Shown one piece after another: positions 9,460 to 19,652 of a DNA stretch of 19,652 nucleotides. Under the pieces are notes generated by a model. That model was given only the letters and a program-made list of their open reading frames with translations, had not been told where the DNA came from and did no database searches. Numbering within the stretch: position 1 is the first letter of the stretch; every line of letters begins with the position of its first letter. Both the position numbers and the translations under genes were made by a program. The stretch is from Ginkgo biloba (lineage: Eukaryota; Plantae; Ginkgophyta): NCBI GenBank assembly GCA_024626585.2, contig JANKJI020000002.1:114177148-114196799 (forward strand), written 5' to 3'.

Positions 9460-10130
9460 CCTGGAATTTATGATTCTTGCTCCATGCTTCTCGACACCAA
9501 TAACATAATACCATTTTTCGCATTCCTCCATTCCTTGGGAGGTCAATAGATATCCCCGTGGTTCATTTATAAAAGACTGATTAACTTGGATTTTGAATGT
9601 GAAGATCCAATCACCTTTTCGGTCATTTAGAGTTGTAGTCCTTATTCTCATCAACATAATCCCTTTTAAAAGAAGAGTGCCAGCTTTATTGTTCTGTCAA
9701 CTGAATCTATCCTTTGGGCTCTGACATCCTCTAGTATTCTTCATACAATCCATCCATGTAAAGGCAAACCTATTGCATGACTCAGAGATCTCTTACCAAG
9801 AAGAAGAATTGCAGTTCTACTCATTTACACTTCCTTTTCTCTCAATTTCCACAACATGTTGAAGCATTCTTCATTGGTCTTATACAAAAATATATCAATT
9901 AAACAAGTTGAAAACTTGCACCAAGATTCATAAGGTTCATGTCTGTGCTCCATAATATTGGCTTCCACCTTTTGCCACCATTCACATGCCATGCCTTCTA
10001 CATGTAATATCACAAATTGCACCATTTCCTCATCTGTTTTAGAATTTGACTTCAAGCATGGCTCTAACTTGTGTATCCATACTTCAAGTCAAACTCCATC
10101 TTCTACTCTAGTGAATTTTTAGTAACCCTA
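9460..10130 (-). pseudogene. Retrotransposon gag with C-terminal zinc knuckle
   Basis: VWIHKLEPCLKSNSKTDEEMVQFVILHVEGMACEWWQ matches Retrotrans_gag W..KL..YF......EE...A.LHLEG.A.EWW. LCYWCREAWSKNHKF (~9462-9513) matches LCY.C.E.W...H.C. Confidence 0.85.
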
Positions 10131-11592
10131 TTTTATCTTTTCCTCCTTGATATTGATATAAGTAGATACCATTTTATCTATAAGCTCAATATATTGAATA
10201 AAAGGAATGTCACCACATAATCTAATACTCATATGTTCATTTTTTTAACATATACAAATTGTGTAAACTTTGACCGCATTCTTCTCCAATCTCCTTTCTT
10301 TTGCCATCATGTAGGCCTATTGCATAGCTAGGAATGTCTTCTAAGGGAATGGTTGGTCCTCTTCTCTTAGGGTGGACAACAAAAAAGAGACATCTCTTGT
10401 AATGAAGTTAAGTAGGTTACCACCTTACCTTTGTGATTCGTGCATGTTGCTTTGCATATTTTCTTACCAAGCCTTTTACTAATCTTCTTGTCCATATATT
10501 TAATGGTTTCCAATATCTAGAAAATCTTGTGATCTCTAAAATCTTCCATGGCACTTGTCTCAAGTACTTGCTAGGATTTGGAAGACCTTAACCCCTTTTA
10601 GATTGTACTTTTAAAAAGAAACTTTAGAGCTTAAAGTTCAACATTTATAGCTCAACAACTAATGGAAATTTATTGGGTTTGGTTCGATGGGAAACATACA
10701 TTATGTCCCTCAAGGAAGGGGGGAAAAACACTCCAATAACCTAGCTTGAAGTCTTATAGGCATAATAGAATGAAGGCTTCTTTTTTCCTAAAGAGGCTAG
10801 AAGAAATATTTGATCTTACATAGCTCAATTGAAGGAAAGATATTTTAGAAATATGTATAGCATAGGAACAAACACTCGTATTTATCTCCCCAACATGACA
10901 AGAAAACGAACTGTGATAAAAACTGGAACAATCCTTCAATAAATTATTTAAAAATAATAAAATGTATCAAACATGAATTCACTATTGTCCATTGTCCACT
11001 GAAGTTGATGGTTAAGGCCCTCCAAAATGGCAGAACCTGAAAACAACAGAAATACGAATACATGACGATGTTACATAATATCCTTGAGAATCTATTTATC
11101 AAGGGACATGTGATGTCTCCTGAAGTCGGCCTTTGATAAAGAGAACTACTTGGGTTACCTGATTCGGGTTAACAGAATATCAATGACATTGAAGAAAGGT
11201 TTCTTCCAAGCAGAAGATAAGCAGACCTCTTATTTGCGGATTTATATGACCTTATGCAAGTAAACGGAACTGTCAAGACGATCAACTGGTCAAGCATGCA
11301 ATAGAAGTTGAAGAGTCATGTGAGATGCATTTGTACTTAACTGATCTAAGTCGTGGGCACCTATAAAATGTTTGGGATGGCAAAGTCTTTGGTGAGGACA
11401 TGGGAGTTTTTTTCGTAAACAGGGAAGACTGAAAGAGTGACTTGCTTGGAGAATCAAATGAAATAGCTAGATAATTCTACCCTTGTTGCATANNNNNNNN
11501 NNNNNNNNNNNNNNNNNNNNNNNNNNNNNNNNNNNNNNNNNNNNNNNNNNNNNNNNNNNNNNNNNNNNNNNNNNNNNNNNNNNNNNNNNNNN

Positions 11593-12230
11593 AGATCATG
11601 ACATGTGGCATCATCTCGAGTTCCGGGGGCCCCACGTCACTTTAGGAGATACTTCCCTCTTCCTTTCCCTTGTAAATGAGTTGTAAGGTGCAAGGCCCCA
11701 TGATGGCACCATCATGAGACTCGATCCTCACATGCCCCTTTGTGGCTTCCCTTACCAACTTCATTTGTTGCGAGGGGGAGATCACATGATCTCCCCACAT
11801 GGCGAGATCTCTTGATCTCCTTCTCGCGTGTCTTTAAACTGTGGTGCCACCTTTTGAATTTCCTCTAGGGGAGGAGCCTCGAGGGGATGAAAATTGGCAT
11901 TTTATCGCACCCCCACATCCCACAACTTTTTTGCACAACATAAAATGCACAATGAAGGGTTACGCGAGGTCAAAACAGGCGAGGGAAAACTCACTGAAAA
12001 GATGCCTCATGTCAACAAATGATCAAGGAAGTAGCACGACCTTTAAAAGTCCCGATCCATTTTGATGTTGAGAGGAGTGACGAGGGATTGCCATGTGTTA
12101 GCCTTACACTCGATCTGGGACCTACGAGGTTTTGAATGTTAATCCCCAATGCACCACACACCACGAGACCATGTGGCCTAGGATCATGCCATGTGGCACG
12201 ATCTCAAGCACTTTCACACCCGCGACCACT
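11593..12230. repeat. GC-richer non-coding segment with GATC/CATGTGGC motifs, direct repeats and hairpins; probable TE terminal region
   Basis: gatcatgacatgtggcatcatctcgag (11594) resembles gatcatgccatgtggcacgatctcaag (12182). Inverted repeat GGGGAGATCA-ca-TGATCTCCCC at 11775-11796. Confidence 0.45.
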
Positions 12231-12967
12231 TTACCAAATTTTGTTGTGCTCATTTAATTTTCTTTTTATTATATTATCTGCTTTGTAATTCCATGTTAGC
12301 TTTGAGCTAGCGATCATTCCAACAAATGTCCATGCGGACATTGTTATTTTAACAATTGCAAGGAAGGGACCTTAATAAGAAAATCACGTATGGTGGGTAG
12401 ATAATTGGTATTCAACGAACACATTGAAATGAATTATTGGTTTGAGTAAACACCCGAGTCATGGTGCTGATGTATATTACTTATAGAATAAAACAAAGAA
12501 TCGATCTTAATTGCCTAATCTTTATTTTAATTTAAATAAACTAGAAGCAAGGTATTGATAATGATAAATGGTCATTCAAAATATATTTTCACCAAACATT
12601 GTATGAATACATAATTATATCATACAATATCAAACTAATAATATAATACAATAATAAGTATAGAATATTTTATCTAAATTCAATTCTCATTCATGAATCT
12701 CAACCCTTTTTAATAGTATTCTAACCATCCATTCTCACCTCCTTAGATTGAGGTATCTAAACTAATTTCAACATAAATTCTAATATACATTTTTTTCCTA
12801 AGACATTACATTCAAAGTTACTTTAGAATATTATCTTTTACATAAAGATATATTGTATTAAAAAATGNNNNNNNNNNNNNNNNNNNNNNNNNNNNNNNNN
12901 NNNNNNNNNNNNNNNNNNNNNNNNNNNNNNNNNNNNNNNNNNNNNNNNNNNNNNNNNNNNNNNNNNN

Positions 12968-13520
12968 ATGAAGCCCATACTTCTAGTAAGAAGTTTCATC
13001 ATTTTCTTAGTAGTCATGTCATATACCTTATGTGTATGGCCCTCAAGATATCTAAAAAGGATAAAGTTATGAATATGGTTTAAGACATAATTTCTTAGGG
13101 TTTAGAGCCATTGGATGCCAAGGATGGATCAATGCTACTGATGGAGAGGGAATATAAGTGAGAGGTTAAGGTGTAGTCACTAAGTTAGAGGAAAAGGTTA
13201 TTTATTTCTCCTGAGTAATGTAAGATTTGGTGACTAGGGATGAAGACATTAAAACCAATTTTAAGGTTGATATACAGACCTAACAGCCATGTGATGCCAA
13301 TATCAATGAAGTTAAGGGTAGCACCATAGTCTATGAGGACTGTGAAGGAAAATTTATTAAGTATTCCTTTCACTTTTAGGGAATCAGGATGAAGGATACC
13401 TATGATGGAAATAAGGGAGAATTATGGTTTGATGTCAAGGGAAAGGTCTTCAAATTCATCATAGTCATCATCATTGGCATAAATCATCTCATCTCAGCAT
13501 AACTCCTCCAGAACCATCAC
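12968..13520 (-). pseudogene. Second decayed Ty3/gypsy aspartic protease with acidic gag-pro linker
   Basis: IYANDDDYDEFEDLSL...SLISIIGILHPDSLKVKGILNKFSFTVLIDYGATLNFID...L*LSDYTLTSHLYSL..ID/ILGIQWL*TL matches VLIDSGATHNFID...DVVLGIQWL.TL. Confidence 0.9.
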
Positions 13521-14320
13521 CATTATTGGTATAAAGCATTGCCAACATTGTCGAAAGCACTTGGAGGGCCGCACAATTAATTAGCATTGGACCATCCTAT
13601 GGCTATAAAGGATTAAAATATTAAAGATTATGGTGACATAGTAAACCTCAAGTTCTTACAGTCTTAGTTTTGTTAGTTTAGAGGTGAACAAAAATCTGGA
13701 AGTGTAGTTGCCATTTTATGTTGTAATGCCAATGAATTGTTGAAGAAAATGAGAGGAAATTTGCAGATTTTGAAAAGTATTTTTTGTGTGCCTGATTAGA
13801 ACGACTACGATGAACATGATGTGTCCAATAATGCAATCTTTCATAGTTTCTCCAGTGGTTTTCTATCTTCCTTAGGTACGAGGATCATCAACAAGATGAA
13901 ACTTTGAAAGCACATTATTTTGTCATATGAACTGCATTCAGACCATTGACTTTGCATGTGGCAACTATATTGTTATATTAATATTGGCGGCTGCAATATT
14001 CAAGTATATTCATGAATTATTAACTTCAGTCAATTTTTATTGGCCATTGTATTATTTTATTAATTTCACATGACACGATATTATTTTATTACTTTTATAT
14101 TGTTCTGCACTATTAACTACACAATCGAATTTTATTGGAAAATGCACTATTATATTAATTTTGGAGCCTGCGGTATTATTGTATTATTATTACAGCTTTA
14201 TATATTATCAATTACACACANNNNNNNNNNNNNNNNNNNNNNNNNNNNNNNNNNNNNNNNNNNNNNNNNNNNNNNNNNNNNNNNNNNNNNNNNNNNNNNN
14301 NNNNNNNNNNNNNNNNNNNN

Positions 14321-16160
14321 TTAAATATATTTTGTTCTTTAAAATGTCCTATACATATACAATAAAATCACCTCATTATCTGAATTATGGTAGATGCTCA
14401 TAAAATACCATAAGGGTTTGCCAAAGGTGACAATTGAATGTCAATCATGTTATTTTATTTAGTAATCCCTAAGGTAAATAATATGAAGTTACTAAACACA
14501 TAACATAGTAATAGACAAATGAGTCTTAGGTTGGGCTCCATATGCAAGAGGAGTGGTATCTTCTTATATAAAATTACTTCTTTGATGGCTTGAAGTGAAG
14601 TTTCACTCGATGTGTAGCTAAACTTGCAAAATGATTACAATAAGAACTGCAATATAATATGTGCTTTGAAAAAATATTTAATATGAATATTCACTTAAGG
14701 AAACCCAAAAATTAGAAATAAATCATGGTAGCAAATGAAATAAGAGTTTGATATGAATAATATTTTTTATTAAAAAATAATAAGGTGGCAAAATATAAAT
14801 TCTTTTACCAAACAGGGATCATTCCATGGATGAAATGCTCCTACTCTCCTCCTCCTCCAAGCCATCTCCCGTGAAAATGTTGATACACTAATGTGGATGG
14901 ATCAATGCCTCAATGATGATGATGATATCAAACCCCAAAGATAATTTCAATGAAGAGAGTTATCTTGCCATAAACTTCTCAAGTGATCTCTATAAAAAAG
15001 AACTAGAAAACTAATGTGCACTAAAGGGTTCAGATGATAATGATGACATCATCAATTCATAGATGAAAGAGATATTTTATGTTTTTAATGTCCTCGTATA
15101 TAAAATAACATGGCCTCATGACCATAACCATGGAGGAAGGTTGTAAAGTGCCACAAGGTTGTATCAAATGTGGGAAACATATGACAATTATATTATTATA
15201 GTTAATAATTACAGGATATAATATGAAGCTACTAAATACATAACATAACACTAAACAAATGAGTCTTAGGTTGGGGTCCTTATGTAAGACAAACAGTGTC
15301 TTCTTGGGAAGATTTCTCCCTTTATGGCTTGAAGTAAACTCTCCTTTTATGTGTAGGTAAGCCTACAAAATGCATGTAATAAGTCATACAATATTATATA
15401 TACTATAGAAATAAATATAAGTATGAACATTTACNNNNNNNNNNNNNNNNNNNNNNNNNNNNNNNNNNNNNNNNNNNNNNNNNNNNNNNNNNNNNNNNNN
15501 NNNNNNNNNNNNNNNNNNNNNNNNNNNNNNNNNNTTAGGGCTCTTATGCAAGAGGAGTGATGTCTTCTTAAATAAGGTTTCTCCCTCAATGGTTTGAAGT
15601 AAACTCTCCTTTAATGTTCAATCAAACTTGTAAAATGAATGTAACAAAATCTACATGATAATATGTTCTCTAAGAAATGATGATAATATGAACATTAACA
15701 TAAGGAAACCTAAATTTTGGAAAAAAACATGGCAATAACAAAAGAAGAAAGAGTTTGTATGAGCAATGATTTTTATTAAGGAAGGATAAGGTCGAAAAAG
15801 ATGAATGCTTACTGAGTTGTGATATATTATGGATGAAATCATCCTACTCTCCTCTCTCTCCATGCTAACTCCCATCTGATAAGTAGATACGCTAATGTGA
15901 ATTAATCAATTCCTTGATGATGAGACCCTAACAATAATTATGATAGAGAGAATTATCTCACCATAACCTTCCCAAGTGATCTCTTTAAGAAAAAAGTGAA
16001 TAGATGTATACTAAAGACATAAGATGATAATGACTATATCATTAGATTAGAGATGTCAGTGTCTATATTTTATGCTATGAAATATCTTGTATATATATGC
16101 TAAAATGTCATTGTAACCTTAACCATGATGAAATATTATAAAGTACAATAAGTGTGTCTC
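14321..16160. repeat. Diverged ~740-bp tandem repeat, parts of at least 3 copies, interrupted by a 100-N gap
   Basis: aaatgagtcttaggttggg at 14517 and 15257 (offset 740), and tatgaa.att.ac at 14682 and 15422. A third copy resumes at 15535 (atgcaagaggagtg at 14542 and 15546) and stays colinear to ~16150. Confidence 0.9.
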
Positions 16161-16572
16161 GTAACTCAACATAAGCTTGTATGAGTTATGAGCCAGTGTG
16201 TGATGTAGGTAATAGTGTCTCACTCTCTTAAAATTGATGGCAATACAAAGGGAAACCATAAATACATTTGGGTAATATATATATTTTTAATACAGTTTTA
16301 AGTCTTTAATACATTTAATAATGATTCAACCAATTTCCATTGACGTGCTATTATATATTTCATATTGTTACATAATTTTAATATTAATTTATTGTTGAAA
16401 GGTGGTTAAATATTTCACATTCTTTAAAAATTTATATATTCATTCGTTGATGAGGGGTGGCTAGTTGGACATGCCTAGTTTTATAGTATATAGTATTAGT
16501 TCTTTACCTCTGGCAAATAATTATCATCATTCAAATCGATGCTTGTTCTCGTTNNNNNNNNNNNNNNNNNNN

Positions 16573-17622
16573 TCTTTGTTTGCATCCTATCTTCTGTCTC
16601 CAACATATGTTTTCATCTCATCTCCCATCTCATTTTTGCCCTGTATCTCATTTTGTTTCCATCTCCTACCTCTATTCCCATCTCCCCTCTCTTTCATATT
16701 CTCATCTAATCTCTCTTATTTATTTATCTTTGTTCTCTATTTTTATACTGTCTCCCATCTTGTTCTTATTTTTTATCTCATTCTTATTTTGCCTTTCATC
16801 TCGTTCCTATGTCCCACCTCTTGTCTTATTATTGTCTTGTTTTCCATATTGTTTATAGCTTCTATTCCCTTATAGTTTCCATATTTTGTTTTGTCTATTT
16901 CCATCTTTCATTCACATCTTATTTCTATCTTTTATTTTCTTTGATTTATCATTTCGTTTTTATCTTTTATTCATGTTTTGTTTCTATTTTTCATTCTTAT
17001 CTACTTTTTATCTTTTGTTCCATTTTGCTCCCATCCCATTTCCATTTTTCATTCATGTCCTATTTCTATCTTTTATTCTGTTCGACCATTTTATTCGATC
17101 AATCATTTTGTTTTCATCTTTTATTCACGTCCCATTTCTATTTTTTTTTTTTTTTTTAATTTTTAGCTTTTGGTCTATTCTATTTCCATCTTATTTCTAT
17201 TTTTCATTCCCATCTCATTTCTATCTTTTATTTTGTTTCATTTCCATCTTTCATTCTCATCCCATTTCCATTTTTCATTCTTGTCCCAATTTCATCTTCC
17301 ATTTCATTCTTCTATTTCTGGCCTGTTTTCCTTTCCTATTGACGTTTCGTTTCCATTTTTCATTCTTGTCCCATTTTCATTTTCTGTTTAGGTTCCGTTT
17401 CTATCTTCTATTCCTTTTGGTCAGTTGTTTTGTTTTCATCTTTTATTCCTGTCCAGTTTCTATTTTTTGTTTTCGTCTCATTTTCATCTTTCATTTCATT
17501 GGATCAGTGTTCCATTTTCATCATTCATTCCTATCTCATTTCCATTTTTTGTTTCTATTCCGTTCTCTCATTTCTGTTCCTTTCTTCCATTTCTGTTCCA
17601 TTCCATTCAATTGTTCTTTCAT
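16573..17622. repeat. Pyrimidine-rich, G-poor degenerate minisatellite with ~23-24-bp period; includes T17 at 17141-17157
   Basis: Consecutive units such as catttctatcttttattttgttt / catttccatctttcattctcatcc / catttccatttttcattcttgtcc. Confidence 0.85.
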
Positions 17623-17722
17623 NNNNNNNNNNNNNNNNNNNNNNNNNNNNNNNNNNNNNNNNNNNNNNNNNNNNNNNNNNNNNNNNNNNNNNNNNNNNNN
17701 NNNNNNNNNNNNNNNNNNNNNN

Positions 17723-18586
17723 ATGACTACTACTACTCCCTCAAGAGCTTAGTTTACTACCTTATATAAATCCACTTTGGTAGTATCTTTTTCATTTACT
17801 GACACCAAGGCTTCCTACATCACATATTTAATACGAAATTTATTTTTACATTGAACTCTTTGATATTGGCTTATAGGACATAAGGCAAGTGCTTGATGCG
17901 AGCTTCATAAAAAAATATGTTTGATCGTATTTAAAGGTTAATAAACTCTACTAAGGAGGCTAAATGTGATTCGAGGATAGTTTACATAATGCTAAGTAGA
18001 GATGTCAGTTAGATAATATTTTATAAAATTAGTAAATGTGTTTTATAGCCGTATAGATTACCATTAGAGTGACTTATAGTTATGCCATTAATATTTTACT
18101 AGATTGTCATTACTTATTGGTGTACTTTAGAGGGTATCTTTTATAACATAAAAGGAGATTAAAAGACGGATATAGGACTTTCGAGGAAAAGGTTGTACTG
18201 AACATAGTTCTTTACCATATGGATTGCAAGTCAAAGAAAGATGAAAGATGAACATAATTGTAAGTAGCAAATAAAGTATGATTTTATCTTTTAAAAGAGA
18301 GGCTTAAGGACAAAAAGAGAATGATCAAACTAATTTGGTATTGGGCTTATATTATTCTTGAGTAGATTGACAAGAACACATTTGATTTTAATTTACTTCC
18401 TTTAAAGGTGGATTTTTTAGACGTGTTAAAGATGGATTATCTTAATCTAACATCTAAAGTAATGGGTATTGTTATTACTCAAGAAAGGAAGAATTGATGT
18501 CTTGAGGGGACAAGTGCTACGAGGGAGGGACACAAGCACGTTTTAAAGAGGGATTAAGCACTATAAAGGCTTATCAAAGTGAGTGA
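17723..18586 (+). pseudogene. Highly decayed Ty3/gypsy integrase: weak core remnants plus GPY/F C-terminal module
   Basis: From 18270, NKV*FYLLKERLKDKKRMIKLIWYWAYIILE*IDKNTFDFNLLP matches D.VWL.L.KERL.G...KLKPIRYGPF.ILE.I..NAF.L.LP. Weaker upstream remnants are TPSRA* (PSRPW), LSRD (SDRD) and YN....KT...FE. Confidence 0.7.
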
Positions 18587-19446
18587 GAATAAATTATTAA
18601 TTAAATATTATAATGAAAAAAATATAGATCAAAAGACTACCATAAGTCTCTTACTAACCATTGACTAAGACTTTGGATATAACTTTAATCTTATTTTAAC
18701 TGAATTTCTCCCAAGTTTTTTTTTCTAAGCCTCTCTTTATAGAATCATATGTAGGTGCTATGATTTAGCAATCCATACTCAAGAAACCTAGATTTAAGAA
18801 CTCAAGAGAGTTGATATCTTTATCTATATTGCATGCACACCTTTTTAAGACATCATGACTTTTAATTATTATTGGTCTAAACTATCATGCATTTGTGTCA
18901 AATCTTATCAAATTTTGTAGGAAATTACGTGTGAACATTGAATTAGTAAGTTATAAGAATATTCATTAATGACCACGTATAATTTCATGATTTGTACAAA
19001 AAAACATATTAAATACTATTTTAGACCTTTTATAGGCAAAGGATAAAACCATAGTAAAATTGAAGAGAATTGTAATAAAAATAAGAAAACATTATGATGA
19101 ATTATGTAAACCATCATGCTTTTATCTCAAAGAGTAAAAAAATGAGACATGTTCAATTGAAATCATAGTTTTGATCTACATAAGTGCCATCGACTAGAGA
19201 CAATTGTAATTGAGATTTTATTCTAATATTATCAACTTTTACTAAATGAAATAATACACAATTGATGAGATTTTTAGGGTCCATTCACTTGTGTTTGAAT
19301 TACAATGGATCTTTATTTGTTGTACCATGTTCTTTAACCTTTTGGGCTTTGGTGGGATGGGTTCAGTGANNNNNNNNNNNNNNNNNNNNNNNNNNNNNNN
19401 NNNNNNNNNNNNNNNNNNNNNNNNNNNNNNNNNNNNNNNNNNNNNN

Positions 19447-19652
19447 ATAAATATTAGAAGAGAAACTTCCCCCCTCCCCCCTAAAAAAAAACTATATGTA
19501 ATAAAAGAATATCTATTAATTACAAGAACTTGTTATGTAAGAAGATGCTATATCAGAATAAAAACATATAACATTAAGGACCAAAAGCTACCACTACTAT
19601 AAGGGCAAATCATTTTAATAGGGGAGAAAATGTTATGGACCTAGGTCAATGA
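19447..19652 (+). mobile_element. Chromovirus 3' end: chromodomain remnant, PPT (19620-19630) and start of 3' LTR (TG at 19631)
   Basis: IKEYLL/YKNLL/EDAISE matches IKEYLIKWKNLP.EDATWE. This is followed by LPLL* gggcaaatcatttt, the purine tract AGGGGAGAAAA and TGTTATG. Confidence 0.8.

Larger units (their letters stand above)
8784..10660 (-). mobile_element. Decayed Ty3/gypsy (chromovirus-type) element, 5' internal region gag-protease; right boundary approximate
   Basis: Gag, zinc knuckle and protease remnants are colinear in canonical order. Only a weak PBS-like remnant near 10650-10661. Confidence 0.85.

Noticed and set aside
6330-10660. Gag-protease (8.8-10.1 kb) and RNase H (6.3-6.7 kb) as one gypsy element
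   Set aside because: Order and strand are compatible, but they are separated by two gaps and unrelated sequence, and no RT core is visible, so they cannot be linked.
12540-12867. Possible very old LINE remnant on the minus strand (RYL.., IMYSYNVW)
   Set aside because: Too degenerate and AT-rich to support by eye.
13860-13910. Splice-acceptor-like ttttctatcttccttag followed by short frames
   Set aside because: An isolated signal with no upstream exon or recognisable peptide.
16465-17769. Long hydrophobic ORFs (288 aa and overlapping ones) as membrane proteins
   Set aside because: Open in several frames because the pyrimidine-rich repeat rarely forms stop codons, and some run into Ns.
18499-18535. 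Purine-rich stretch as a PPT
   Set aside because: No TG LTR start follows, and it reads better as the integrase C-terminal tail (TREG...GL....SE*).

Overview
AT-rich eukaryotic (plant; gymnosperm-like by element style, which is inference) repetitive DNA from a fragmented assembly. It has 14 N-gaps, 8 of them exactly 100 N, so adjacency across gaps is unreliable. No intact protein-coding gene, RNA gene or CRISPR array is supportable, and most listed ORFs are gap or low-complexity artefacts. Manual translation across stops and frameshifts shows decayed retroelements: Ty3/gypsy gag, zinc knuckle and protease (8.8-10.1 kb, -), a second protease (13.0-13.5 kb, -), RT-connection/RNase H (6.33-6.66 kb, -), integrase with GPY/F module (17.7-18.6 kb, +), chromodomain-PPT-LTR start (19.45-19.65 kb, +), and a non-LTR (LINE) RT with an internal tandem duplication (6.67-7.48 kb, -). 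There are also several LTR fragments, a candidate non-autonomous hAT-like element, a ~740-bp tandem repeat and a 1-kb pyrimidine-rich minisatellite. The most notable observations are phased W-box clusters in two related LTRs, a tandem array of TTGACY+GAAnnTTC units in one of them, the 740-bp repeat with a coding-like core, and a decayed ORF of unknown family. I do not see convincing evidence of a new, functional biological system.
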